Assembly (NCBI GenBank): GCA_031410075.1
Contig: JANNYL010000223.1
Location: 1 to 34,607, forward strand
DNA: 34,607 nucleotides
Source of the DNA: Flavobacteriales bacterium
GTDB lineage: Bacteria > Bacteroidota > Bacteroidia > Flavobacteriales_F > PHOS-HE28
Direction: 5' to 3'
Part shown: positions 9,013 to 17,766 of the stretch, one piece after another
Layout: every line of letters starts with the position of its first letter
How positions within the stretch are numbered: position 1 is the first letter of the stretch
The notes under the pieces: model-generated
The model's input: the letters and a program-made list of their open reading frames with translations, nothing else
What the model was told of the DNA's origin: nothing
Databases searched by the model: none
Translations under genes and position numbers: made by a program

Positions 9013-11064
9013 TCAGCGCAAGACGGTCAATGTTCCGCGCTGTTCGTAAGTCCCATCACGGAGGTCGGTGTACCGCAGGAGCCAGAAATAGGTTCCCTCG
9101 GGAACAGGATCCGAATTATCCCTTTTCCCGTTCCATCGAGGAACACCGGAACTACTGTGCACCAATTGGCCCCAACGGTTGTAGATCGACGACTCGATAT
9201 CTCCGACCCCTTGAATGAAAACGGGTTCCCAGAAGTCATTGAGGCCGCTTCCGTTGGGAGAGATCACATTGGGCATTTCGACGACCACATCACAGGGAAT
9301 GAAGGAAACAACCGTCGTATCGGACCCGGAACAACCGGAAACGACCACGGTCACCCAATAGATCCCCGCCGAATCCACTTCCAACGCGGGGTTTGTTGTG
9401 CCGTCGGACCAGAGGTATTCCGCATTTGAAATGCCGGTAAGGAGCGTCGCGTTATCACCCAAGCAAAGACTGAGGTCAGGCCCAAGCACAGGTGCAGGCG
9501 GAGTGATCTCCACTACGTTCACGGTGTCCGAAAAGGAACAACCGCTCAGAGTGAGGTTCACCCAATATGTTCCGGGTGTTTGCACCAGGAAAGTGGCACT
9601 CGTAGAATTGTTTTGCCACGAATAGGTGGCATTCGCAATGGTCGCATCAAGTACGAGGGAGCCGTTCGGACAGATCCCACCATCTGGTCCCAACACGTCA
9701 CCTACGGGCAGGATGATCTGCACTTCAAGGTCGAGCGTATCGGCCAACCCTTCATCGAACACGATCGCCTGCACTTGGTAACTGCCACCCACCGAATAGA
9801 AGTGTGCTGGTTGCAGATCGGTCGAGAAATTCAGAAGTCCCGATCCTGGGTCTCCGAAATTCCAGAAGATCGAATCGGCCGCGCCTTCGGGAAGCACCGC
9901 GAACAAGGTGGTGTCCTGCGGGCACACCTCGGTGGCGACGATACCGAATGATGTACGGGAATCAATGAAGGTGGGCAGCCCCAAGGTCCCGGTTGGTCCA
10001 CCGAGCGGCTGAGCGCTGGATAAATACTGGCAAGCGGCACCAGGCAGATCGGGTGATTGGATCACATCAAGCGCTGAAGCTGAAAAATACGTGCAGTAGA
10101 TCTTGTTGTCCGGGCCCAATTGAAGAGCACCCCCAACGCTCGGCAACGTGCTCAACAGGACTTGGGAATTATTGACCTCGATCTCACCCCCGGCCAGCAG
10201 GTCGAATTGGTAAACATTGCTGCCGCTACCGTTCGCTTCGGAGATGTACAGAAATTGGCCACTTGGCGAGAATTCCGCTCCGTAGGCCCCGGGCGCAACG
10301 AAACCATCAAGTGTGATCGGGTTGGAGACCAGTCCGGTGGAATTATCCACGTCGAAAACCTCCACGAGGTTCAAGGTCCAATGGGCTGCAACGATCCGCG
10401 TGGCATCGGATGAGGTTTTCAGATGGCCGATGGAATTGATGCCGCCGTCGTCAAAAACAACGAGACCCACATTGCTCTCCAAAGGAACCATGTCGATCCC
10501 TGAAGCGGACAGGTGAAAGCTGATGAACGAACCGCTGTCGTAACGATGTGAGATCACCCAATAATCGGTTCCGTTGGAATGTTCCACCACCGTGATCTTC
10601 TCACATACCGGAGTTGCAAGAAGGATGTTCTTCACGAGCGTTACATCACCTAGCCCACCACTAAGTGTCATGTCAACCTCGGAGTAACGCAATCCCGCGG
10701 CGTTGGCCTGTGCGGGCACGGTGAAAACATAATAAATATTCGGGGCTCCCGGTTTGGGAACGATCACTCCGGATTGTGTGCTGCTCGGATCCCCAAGCAG
10801 CCCGGTGCCATTCGGCATGGGTACGTGATTCTGATTCCAGATCGTGATCCCATCCGTATAGAACAAAAGGGCCCCATTCTCATCAGCGATCGAGGCGCAT
10901 CCTTCGGAAGTGGAAAGCGCACCGTCGAGCAATGGTATAGGGGTTCCAGCATTGAAGTCAAGGCCCGCAAAATTCCCGAAATACCAGATGTTGCGCTCAG
11001 CCTGGCCCCAAGAGAGGGAGAAGGATCCGAGGGCCAAGCATAAAAGACCTTTGCGAAGAAGCAT
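9013..11064 (-). CDS. Secreted protein with T9SS type-B sorting domain (gliding-motility-associated C-terminal domain, CHU_C type)
   Basis: The track ORF 9013..11142 was trimmed to the ATG at 11064, exposing the signal peptide MLLRKGLLCLALGSFSLSWGQ. The C-terminal 90 aa match the type-B CTD pattern: MPNVISPNGSGLNDFWEPVF...IYNRWGQLVH...WNGKRDNSDPVPEGTYFWLLRY...GTLTVLR. The N-terminal region is beta-propeller-like (NIWYFGNFAGLDFN...). Two tandem Cys-containing modules of about 60 aa (GICPNGSLVLDA..YSWQNNST..GTYWVNLTLSGCSFSD and LCLGDNATLLTG..YLWSDGTT..GIYWVTVVVSGCSGSD) precede the CTD. Confidence 0.9.
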   Translation of the reverse strand: MLLRKGLLCLALGSFSLSWGQAERNIWYFGNFAGLDFNAGTPIPLLDGALSTSEGCASIADENGALLFYTDGITIWNQNHVPMPNGTGLLGDPSSTQSGVIVPKPGAPNIYYVFTVPAQANAAGLRYSEVDMTLSGGLGDVTLVKNILLATPVCEKITVVEHSNGTDYWVISHRYDSGSFISFHLSASGIDMVPLESNVGLVVFDDGGINSIGHLKTSSDATRIVAAHWTLNLVEVFDVDNSTGLVSNPITLDGFVAPGAYGAEFSPSGQFLYISEANGSGSNVYQFDLLAGGEIEVNNSQVLLSTLPSVGGALQLGPDNKIYCTYFSASALDVIQSPDLPGAACQYLSSAQPLGGPTGTLGLPTFIDSRTSFGIVATEVCPQDTTLFAVLPEGAADSIFWNFGDPGSGLLNFSTDLQPAHFYSVGGSYQVQAIVFDEGLADTLDLEVQIILPVGDVLGPDGGICPNGSLVLDATIANATYSWQNNSTSATFLVQTPGTYWVNLTLSGCSFSDTVNVVEITPPAPVLGPDLSLCLGDNATLLTGISNAEYLWSDGTTNPALEVDSAGIYWVTVVVSGCSGSDTTVVSFIPCDVVVEMPNVISPNGSGLNDFWEPVFIQGVGDIESSIYNRWGQLVHSSSGVPRWNGKRDNSDPVPEGTYFWLLRYTDLRDGTYEQRGTLTVLR

Positions 11065-11180
11065 GTGGTAAAAGTAATTCGTGAAAGTCAATAGGCGCGC
11101 GCCGCCAATAGACGTGCGATAAAGCCATTCGGTTGCTAGCAAACTCTCAGCTATTCGATCCCGGGGTCGACCTTCGCACC

Positions 11181-12122
11181 ATGATCGGCGTCGTTGTCCT
11201 CAAGGCCAAGCAGTTGCTGGAGCATGGTTTCTTGGTGGCCATCCCCACTGAAACGGTGTATGGTCTCGCTGCGAACGCGTTCGATGAAGCCGCGGTACTG
11301 AAGATCTTCCAAGCGAAGGATCGCCCATCGTTCGATCCGCTCATTGTGCATGTGCGAGATCGCGCGCAAGTGGATGAGGTCGCATCGTTCGTGCCGCCGG
11401 AAGCCGAAGTGCTCATGGCGAAATTCTGGCCCGGCCCGCTAACGCTCGTGTTGCCGAAGCGGCCGGAAGTCCCGGATATCGTAACCAGTGGCTTGAATAC
11501 CGTGGGAGTGCGTATGCCCGCGCATACGTTGGCCTTGGAATTGTTGCGCTCTCTTGAATTTCCCTTGGCTGCACCCAGCGCCAATCCGTTCGGGTATGTG
11601 AGTCCCACCACCGCACAACATGTTGCGGATCAGCTAGGCGACAAGATCCCCTACATCCTGGATGGTGGCCCCTGCGCGGTGGGTGTAGAAAGCACGATCA
11701 TCGGGTTCGAAGAAGGGCAATGCGTACTTTATCGGGCGGGCGGGGTTCCTATTGAATCGATCGAAGGGGTGATCGGCGAACTGGGTATCGCTCAACGTAA
11801 GATCGTTCCTGTTGCGCCGGGAATGATCGAAAGTCACTATGCGCCGCGCAAGCTGTTGATCGTTGGTGATGTCGTTGCACTGTTGAGAGAACACGCGAAC
11901 AAGCGTTGTGCCGTCATCGCGTTCAACAAGACCTACGATGCTTGGAGGTGCGAAACGCTTTCTCTCGCGGGTGACCTGAACGAAGCTGCCCGTAACCTGT
12001 TTGCTGCGATGAGGGCGTTGGACGCGAGCGATGCTGAAGTGATCCTCGCGGAAGTTTTTCCGAACGAAGGCCTTGGAAGGGCGATCAATGATCGGTTGCG
12101 GAGGGCGGGGCAGAGGCCTTGA
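11181..12122 (+). CDS. tsaC: L-threonylcarbamoyladenylate synthase (Sua5/YwlC/TsaC family, long form with Sua5 C-terminal domain)
   Basis: Motifs AIPTETVYGLAANAFD, KDRPSFDPLIVHV, FWPGPLTLVL, GVRMPAH, LAAPSANPFGYVSPTTAQHV, plus a C-terminal Sua5-type extension. The track start at 11133 is a TTG. I prefer the ATG at 11181 (MIGVVVLKAKQLLEHGFLVAIPTETVYGL), which gives the usual spacing of about 22 aa before the PTETVYGL motif. The start remains uncertain; the stop is firm. Confidence 0.88.
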   Translation: MIGVVVLKAKQLLEHGFLVAIPTETVYGLAANAFDEAAVLKIFQAKDRPSFDPLIVHVRDRAQVDEVASFVPPEAEVLMAKFWPGPLTLVLPKRPEVPDIVTSGLNTVGVRMPAHTLALELLRSLEFPLAAPSANPFGYVSPTTAQHVADQLGDKIPYILDGGPCAVGVESTIIGFEEGQCVLYRAGGVPIESIEGVIGELGIAQRKIVPVAPGMIESHYAPRKLLIVGDVVALLREHANKRCAVIAFNKTYDAWRCETLSLAGDLNEAARNLFAAMRALDASDAEVILAEVFPNEGLGRAINDRLRRAGQRP

Positions 12123-12315
12123 TCTTTCATGGACCAGGACCAGTCGGCGGTGAATTGAAGCGGCAGCGCCCAACGGAGTCCAGCAGTTCAGTGATCGGCC
12201 CACCGCAGTCCTTCAACGTGAACATCGAACTCCCTTATCTCAGGGTCCAGATTTAGCCGAATGGGGCTCGAGTATTAATCCAGACCTGATCGGTATCCGA
12301 GCTCGACTTAGGTTT

Positions 12316-13356
12316 TCAGCAAGCGAAGTCTACGAACTCGATAGAGCTGACATCCAGCGGAACTGCACAGCCGTCGAGAATCTCATCATCAATGACTTTC
12401 ATAGGAATTACTGTTCCATAGCCCATGTCATCATACCTTCCTCCGGGAAGACTTGCTGGTGTATTAACCGAAACACCAACGACGCGGCCCCTTTGATTTA
12501 CTACTGGCCCGCCGCTGTTTCCACCTTGAATACGGGCTGTAATCAGCAAAAGTCGTTCCCTCATCCAAATGTCTTCGGCAGAGGCAGAAATGGAGCCCGT
12601 TGTCGCCATATACCGAGCAGACACCATCGCCTTTTCAACTGCTAAAAAGTTGTGATATCCGGGCACACATGGATATCCCAAAGTCATAACTTCTTCTAGC
12701 ACATTTGCGTTATCGCTCAGTATCGATTCGCTGTTTCTGAATTCGGGTAATTCAATGAAGACAACATCGATCATAGAGTTGCGGTGACAGTAAAACTTGG
12801 AGGACTGCAAATCGTGCCTTGAAACGCCTTGAATTGATAGTTTATGAGCACCAGTAATGCAATGCTTCGCCGTAAGGATTCCTCCGTTATAAAAGAAAGC
12901 AGTTCCTAAAAATCGATCACCCTCAGGCGATGTGTGCTCGATTGGAAAAACATAGTCCCTGAAGAACTCATAGATGAATGGAAATCCGTACACCTGAAAG
13001 CTCAACTCTTTATTCGTGCGATCAAGAAGATCGTTTTCGGAAACAGTATCAATGTGGGCGAGCAAACTGAAGTACGAACTCATAAAATCATCAGCACCCG
13101 CGGATTGCATTTTGGACATGTGGCCCGCGGACACAAGCCTATGGCAAATCGTGGATAGATGCCTTGGTGCTGGCACCTCTTCCACTTTGTACTTCTCCTG
13201 AAAGTATCCGCAGAATCCCCTTACTGTCAAGGGGCGCTGAGTCATTGGAGTTGCTTGCAAATTCTTGCTTGAGAAATACAGAATGAGTTCAATAGGAAGT
13301 TTTGGAAAAGCAGCAGGGTACGACCCGAAATCAATCCCTGACAACTTCATGATCAT
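12316..13356 (-). CDS. Leaderless (predicted cytoplasmic) trypsin-fold serine protease (Trypsin_2/HtrA-like catalytic domain) with uncharacterised N-terminal domain of about 150 aa
   Basis: 346-aa ORF. Candidate catalytic triad: His165 (GILTAKHCITG), Asp197 (SMIDVVFIEL), Ser281 (IQGGNSGGPVVN; Ser codon at 12516..12514). His-Asp-Ser spacing of 32 and 84 residues is typical of HtrA/Trypsin_2 domains. I see no signal peptide or TM helix. Residues 1-150 match nothing I recognise; PRHLSTICHRLVSAGHMSK is reminiscent of a winged-helix recognition helix. GC hand counts are 43-45 per 100 nt inside the gene, against 56-57 in neighbouring genes. Confidence 0.8.
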   Translation of the reverse strand: MIMKLSGIDFGSYPAAFPKLPIELILYFSSKNLQATPMTQRPLTVRGFCGYFQEKYKVEEVPAPRHLSTICHRLVSAGHMSKMQSAGADDFMSSYFSLLAHIDTVSENDLLDRTNKELSFQVYGFPFIYEFFRDYVFPIEHTSPEGDRFLGTAFFYNGGILTAKHCITGAHKLSIQGVSRHDLQSSKFYCHRNSMIDVVFIELPEFRNSESILSDNANVLEEVMTLGYPCVPGYHNFLAVEKAMVSARYMATTGSISASAEDIWMRERLLLITARIQGGNSGGPVVNQRGRVVGVSVNTPASLPGGRYDDMGYGTVIPMKVIDDEILDGCAVPLDVSSIEFVDFAC

Positions 13357-13369
13357 AGTTATCTACTGA

Positions 13370-13993
13370 TCACTCCTTCGCCAACACCCTCTTCCGAACC
13401 GTACTCAAGAACTCTGGAGTCATCCCCAAGTAGCTGGCAATGTGCTTCTGTGCCACACGGCCATCGAGCCCAGGATATAGTTTACGGAACTCTGCATAGC
13501 GTTCTTCCGCGGTCTTGCTCAAGGAACTGAGCGTTCGGCGCTGCTGGGCCATGAAGGCGTTGGTGATGAGGATGCGGAAGAAGCGCTCGAACTTGGGCAC
13601 ACGTTCGAAGAGCTGCTCCTGCGCGGCCTTGTCTATCTGCAGCACCACGGTATCTTCCATGGCCTCAATAATGAGCTGGCTGGGCTGGTTCTTCAGCATG
13701 CTGCTCATATTCCCGGTCCACCAGTCCTCTGGCGCGAATTGGAGAATGTGCTCCTTTCCGTCCTCGCCCACATGGTACACGCGCAGGCAACCGTGCACCA
13801 CGAAATGCTGGTACAGGCTTATGTCGCCCATTTCCAACAGGTAATCGCCTTTGCTCACGTGTTTCGAACGCAGCAAGCCGCGCCAGAAACGTTGCTCTTC
13901 GGGTGAGAGCACAATGTGTTTGCTCACATTGCCCAGAATGGCGGCAAACTCAGCGTCGGTGGGCGGGGTCATCGGTGCCAAGGTCGGCACCAT
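13370..13993 (-). CDS. Crp/Fnr family transcriptional regulator (cyclic-nucleotide-binding domain plus C-terminal HTH)
   Basis: 207 aa. cNMP-binding beta-barrel pattern (KGDYLLEMGDISLYQHFVVHGCLRVYHVGEDGKEHILQFAPEDWW). C-terminal HTH (VAQKHIASYLGMTPEFLSTVRKR). ATG at 13993 lies 10 nt from the upstream stop; an alternative ATG at 13972 is possible. Confidence 0.88.
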   Translation of the reverse strand: MVPTLAPMTPPTDAEFAAILGNVSKHIVLSPEEQRFWRGLLRSKHVSKGDYLLEMGDISLYQHFVVHGCLRVYHVGEDGKEHILQFAPEDWWTGNMSSMLKNQPSQLIIEAMEDTVVLQIDKAAQEQLFERVPKFERFFRILITNAFMAQQRRTLSSLSKTAEERYAEFRKLYPGLDGRVAQKHIASYLGMTPEFLSTVRKRVLAKE

Positions 13994-14003
13994 TTGCGAT
14001 TTG

Positions 14004-15071
14004 TCAATGCCGCAGATTGTTCCAGCCGCGCTTCACGGGTGCCACAATGCGTTGCCAAGTGGTGGGCGGGGCAACATAAGTGGTTACACAGATCCCTGTC
14101 AGGTGTTGGACCTGTTCACTTTCTCTTAGGATCACGATCGTTCCCAAGTCGTGCGGGGTGGTGGCTTCGGTAGGTGCCGGTTGTGGTTCATCAGGCTTGA
14201 ATTTCACTGGCACTGCGCAGGGCACTGCTTGGCCTGAGAGGGAGATCGACATGCTACCCTCACCTTGGACCGAGATATCTATGATCAGCGCCACGCCGGC
14301 GAGGTCTTCAGGAATGCGGAAACCGAATCGGCCGTGTTCATCGCAACGAACGCGTAGATCAGTTCCACGAACAGCCACGATCGCTTTCGAGATCGAAATT
14401 CCGGAAACAGGGTCGACCACCACACCGGTTATGCCCAACGGATCTTTGGGGTCAATCTCCATGCAGGGTTTTGTATCCATCATCGGTTCGAACCGCGCGG
14501 CCACCGCACTGTCTACTTCCATTGGATCCGCGATGAATTTGATATCGCCATTGACCAAGCCATCCACTTGGATCTTGACATCACCGATCTCCGTGCGCTC
14601 CGGTATCGGATCCGGTTGGGGTGTGATCACGGCTACGGTATCGCCTGTGATAGGTATGCTGCATACCGGCGGGATCGAATGAGGCACGAACATCATTTTG
14701 CCGGTTACCTGTGGTGGCGGCGGCATCGGTTGAGCGATCGCGGGTTCGCCCAACATACTGGGCGCTCCTTGTTGCGCTATGGCTTCGTGTCCGGCGGCTA
14801 CCGCCAGCAACGACGTGAACGCAGCGGCTGGGAATCGGCTTTGCCGTTGTTTTTCGGCCGCGCCCAATGCACGGTCCAGTTGCCGGGGGTCGAAACGAGC
14901 GCATTTCGGTTTCGCATCGCTGGTGAACAGCGCCACCAACTGCGCATCGGTGGCAGTGGTGAGGTCTGCAACCACATGATCGCATTGCGCGCAGTGGCGG
15001 CCTTGTTCGCGCGGGGACATAGCCTCCCAGTTCTCGTGGCAAGGGGTGGGAACGCTGATGGTGATCTTCAT
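14004..15071 (-). CDS. Single-pass membrane protein: N-terminal Cys-rich (putative zinc-binding) motif, TM helix, Pro-rich linker, carboxypeptidase-regulatory-like beta-sandwich domain
   Basis: The track ORF 14004..15179 was trimmed to the ATG at 15071: MKITISVPTPCHENWEAMSPREQGRHCAQCDHVVADLT. This PCHxNW...RxCxxCxxxVxDLT head recurs in Bacteroidota hypothetical proteins as far as I recall. TM segment FPAAAFTSLLAVAAG, then PMPPPPQ. The CarboxypepD_reg-like pattern is ITGVVVDPVSGISISKAIVAVRGTDLRVRCDEHGRFGFRIP. Confidence 0.75.
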   Translation of the reverse strand: MKITISVPTPCHENWEAMSPREQGRHCAQCDHVVADLTTATDAQLVALFTSDAKPKCARFDPRQLDRALGAAEKQRQSRFPAAAFTSLLAVAAGHEAIAQQGAPSMLGEPAIAQPMPPPPQVTGKMMFVPHSIPPVCSIPITGDTVAVITPQPDPIPERTEIGDVKIQVDGLVNGDIKFIADPMEVDSAVAARFEPMMDTKPCMEIDPKDPLGITGVVVDPVSGISISKAIVAVRGTDLRVRCDEHGRFGFRIPEDLAGVALIIDISVQGEGSMSISLSGQAVPCAVPVKFKPDEPQPAPTEATTPHDLGTIVILRESEQVQHLTGICVTTYVAPPTTWQRIVAPVKRGWNNLRH

Positions 15072-15244
15072 GCTTCGATCGCCGTGGCCTGGCGAAGGCG
15101 TTATGTTGGAATGATGCGCGAACGGACGCGAATGCACGATCCGTACACGCGACGTTGCCATCGGTTCATGTCGGATCACAGGTCCGAAATCCGATCTTCG
15201 CGGCCCGCTCGCAATGGCACAAGCCCACAGGAGCGCATCAGCAC

Positions 15245-16396
15245 ATGCCCGTTCGTCTCGCTATTCTCGGCTCCACCGGCTCCATTGGCACACAAGCCTT
15301 GCAGGTGGTGCGCGAGCAGAAGGAGCACTTCGAAGTGGAACTGCTCACCTGCGGACGGAATGCTGAATTGCTGATAGCACAAGCGAAAGAGTTCACCCCG
15401 AACGCGGTGGTGATCGGCGACGAAAGCAAGTACGCCGAGGTACGCGATGCTTTGCAGCCGCTGGATATCAAAGTGTTCGCAGGGGCCAAGAGCATTGAGC
15501 AGGCCGTAACGATGGAAGGCATCGACACGGTGCTTACGGCGATGGTGGGCTATGCTGGGTTGCGTCCAACATTGGCGGCTATTAACGCAGGCAAGGCGAT
15601 CGCGCTGGCGAACAAGGAGACACTGGTGGTCGCAGGTGAGCTCGTTACGAAACTCGCCCGCGAAAAAGGCGTGAACATTTATCCGGTGGACAGCGAGCAC
15701 AGCGCCATCTTTCAATGTTTGGCGGGCGAGTGGGAGAACCCCATCGAGAAGATCGTGCTTACTGCGAGCGGCGGCCCGTTCCGGGGGAAGAGCCGTGCCG
15801 AATTGGAACAGGTTACCCGCGCCCAAGCGCTCAAGCATCCCAACTGGGACATGGGCGCCAAGGTGACCATAGACAGTGCGAGCCTGATGAACAAAGGCTT
15901 GGAAGCGATCGAGGCGAAGTGGTTGTTCAATTTGAAAGCCGAGCAGATCGAGATCGTTGTGCATCCGCAGAGCATCATTCACAGTTTGGTACAGTTCCGC
16001 GATGGCAGCATGAAAGCACAGCTGGGCCTGCCTGACATGAAGTTGCCGATCCAGTACGCACTGGCCTATCCCAAGCGCTTGGTGACCCAATGGCCGCGCT
16101 TCGATTTCACACAATATCCGGCGTTCACCTTCGAGCAACCGGACCTGGCGACGTTCCAGAATCTAGCTCTGGCGTTGGAGGCCATGAAGCGCGGCGGGAA
16201 TATGCCATGTATCCTCAACGCAGCCAATGAGATAGCGGTTCAAGCGTTCTTGGAGGAGCGTATCGGCTTCTTGGCCATGAGCGAGCTTATCGGGAACGTG
16301 ATGCAGAGTGCCACCTTTGTACCCAATCCCACGCTCGAAGACCTCGAAGCCACCGACGCCGAAACACGCGTATTGGCCGCGAACTGGAAGCCCTGA
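15245..16396 (+). CDS. dxr: 1-deoxy-D-xylulose-5-phosphate reductoisomerase
   Basis: Trimmed to the ATG at 15245 (MPVRLAILGSTGSIGTQALQVV, the NADPH-binding GSTGSIG motif). Canonical Dxr motifs: LANKETLV, PVDSEHSAIFQCL, LTASGGPFR, HPNWDMGAKVTIDSASLMNKGLE, HPQSIIHS. The conserved dxr-rseP gene pair supports the call. Confidence 0.97.
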   Translation: MPVRLAILGSTGSIGTQALQVVREQKEHFEVELLTCGRNAELLIAQAKEFTPNAVVIGDESKYAEVRDALQPLDIKVFAGAKSIEQAVTMEGIDTVLTAMVGYAGLRPTLAAINAGKAIALANKETLVVAGELVTKLAREKGVNIYPVDSEHSAIFQCLAGEWENPIEKIVLTASGGPFRGKSRAELEQVTRAQALKHPNWDMGAKVTIDSASLMNKGLEAIEAKWLFNLKAEQIEIVVHPQSIIHSLVQFRDGSMKAQLGLPDMKLPIQYALAYPKRLVTQWPRFDFTQYPAFTFEQPDLATFQNLALALEAMKRGGNMPCILNAANEIAVQAFLEERIGFLAMSELIGNVMQSATFVPNPTLEDLEATDAETRVLAANWKP

Positions 16397-16404
16397 ACCT
16401 TGAA

Positions 16405-17754
16405 ATGGATACCCTGATCACCATCGGCCAACTGTTGCTAGGCCTCTCCATATTGGTGGCGCTGCACGAGTTCGGCCACTTCCTGCCGGCCAAGCTCTTC
16501 GGCATGCGCGTGGAAAAATTCTACCTCTTTTTCGATGCGCCATACGCCCTGCTGAAGAAGAAGATCGGCGACACGGAATACGGTATCGGCTCCTTGCCTT
16601 TTGGCGGCTACGTGAAGATCAGCGGCATGATCGACGAGAGCATGGACAAGGAGCAGAAGGAGCGCATGACCAAGCCTCCTGAACCGTGGGAGTTCCGTGG
16701 CAAGCCTGTGTGGCAACGCCTCATTGTGATGGTGGGTGGTGTAACGGTAAACGCGATCCTCGGCTTCCTGATCCTAAGCATGGTACTGTGGGTATGGGGT
16801 CGCAGCTACATCCCCTTGGAGAACATGGTCTTCGGCATCGAAGCGGGCCCGCTGATGGAACGACAGGGTTTTATGGATGGGGACAAAGTGTTGGAAGTGC
16901 CCGGACATCCGGTGCGCACCATCGGCGACGTGAGTATCGCCATTCTGATCCACGACGCACGCGAAGTAGTGGTAGATCGCAAGGGCGAACGCAAGACGAT
17001 CAACTTGTGCGAGACGATCCAGGACAGCATTCTGAACAGCGGGTCGAAAATGCAGTTCGGTATGCGCATGCCGTTCTACATCGATTCCATTGTTCCGGGT
17101 GCGAATGCGGACAAGGCGCGCAGCTTCCGCAAGGGGGATCACGTGTTGATGGTAGAAGAAAAGCTCACGCCGTATTTCGGTGATTTCATCGACGAAATGC
17201 AACTGCACAAGAAGGGTGTTGTAGAGGTAACGGTTGTGCGTGAAGGACACGTGGTGAAGATCCCGGTCAATGTGGATAGCGTTGGTCGTGTTGGTCTAGG
17301 CCCCAAGGACCCCGATCAACTATCGGCGTTCACGAACAAGATCGTGAAAGAGCAGTACGGATTCTTCGCCAGCATACCCGCCGGATTGAAACTGGCCGTG
17401 GAGCAATTTCGTCTCACGGTGGTTTCCTTCAAGCTGATCTTCAGGCGCAGTGGAGTGGCCCAAATGAGCGGTTTGGGCGGTATGGCCAAAGGCTACGGCA
17501 GTGTTTGGGATTGGTCGCACTTCTGGGAATTCACGGCATTCCTCTCCTTCGGCTTGGCGTTCTTGAACATCTTGCCGATACCCGCGCTCGATGGCGGCCA
17601 CGTGCTGTTCCTCTTGTACGAAGGGATAGCACGTCGACCGGCCAACCCCAAGGTGTTGGAGTACGCGCAAATGGCAGGCATGGCCTTTTTGCTCACGGTG
17701 ATCATCGCGGTGAACGGCCACGATATCTACAAGTGGGTTACAGGCGTTTGGTAA
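16405..17754 (+). CDS. rseP: RIP (site-2) zinc metalloprotease RseP, peptidase family M50
   Basis: 449 aa. HExxH motif in TM1 (LHEFGHFLPAKLFGMRVEKFYLFF). Central PDZ-like region. C-terminal LSFGLAFLNILPIPALDGGH motif (NxxPxxxLDG). Located immediately downstream of dxr, as in many bacteria. Confidence 0.95.
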   Translation: MDTLITIGQLLLGLSILVALHEFGHFLPAKLFGMRVEKFYLFFDAPYALLKKKIGDTEYGIGSLPFGGYVKISGMIDESMDKEQKERMTKPPEPWEFRGKPVWQRLIVMVGGVTVNAILGFLILSMVLWVWGRSYIPLENMVFGIEAGPLMERQGFMDGDKVLEVPGHPVRTIGDVSIAILIHDAREVVVDRKGERKTINLCETIQDSILNSGSKMQFGMRMPFYIDSIVPGANADKARSFRKGDHVLMVEEKLTPYFGDFIDEMQLHKKGVVEVTVVREGHVVKIPVNVDSVGRVGLGPKDPDQLSAFTNKIVKEQYGFFASIPAGLKLAVEQFRLTVVSFKLIFRRSGVAQMSGLGGMAKGYGSVWDWSHFWEFTAFLSFGLAFLNILPIPALDGGHVLFLLYEGIARRPANPKVLEYAQMAGMAFLLTVIIAVNGHDIYKWVTGVW

Positions 17755-17766
17755 ATGAATTGTTCT

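Noticed and set aside
8732-9049. 105-aa forward-strand ORF in the spacer upstream of the BNR gene
   Set aside because: It has a GTG start, overlaps the 3' end of the T9SS type-B gene on the other strand, and has odd composition (Trp/Cys/His-rich) with no motif. It is most likely non-coding.
11094-11103. Perfect 10-bp GC palindrome GGCGCGCGCC in the divergent spacer between the T9SS type-B gene and tsaC
   Set aside because: It is too short and too compositionally trivial in a 57% GC genome to assign an operator or recombination function. No second copy was noticed.
15176-16138. 320-aa reverse-strand ORF overlapping dxr
   Set aside because: dxr on the forward strand is unambiguous, and the reverse ORF has no recognisable features.
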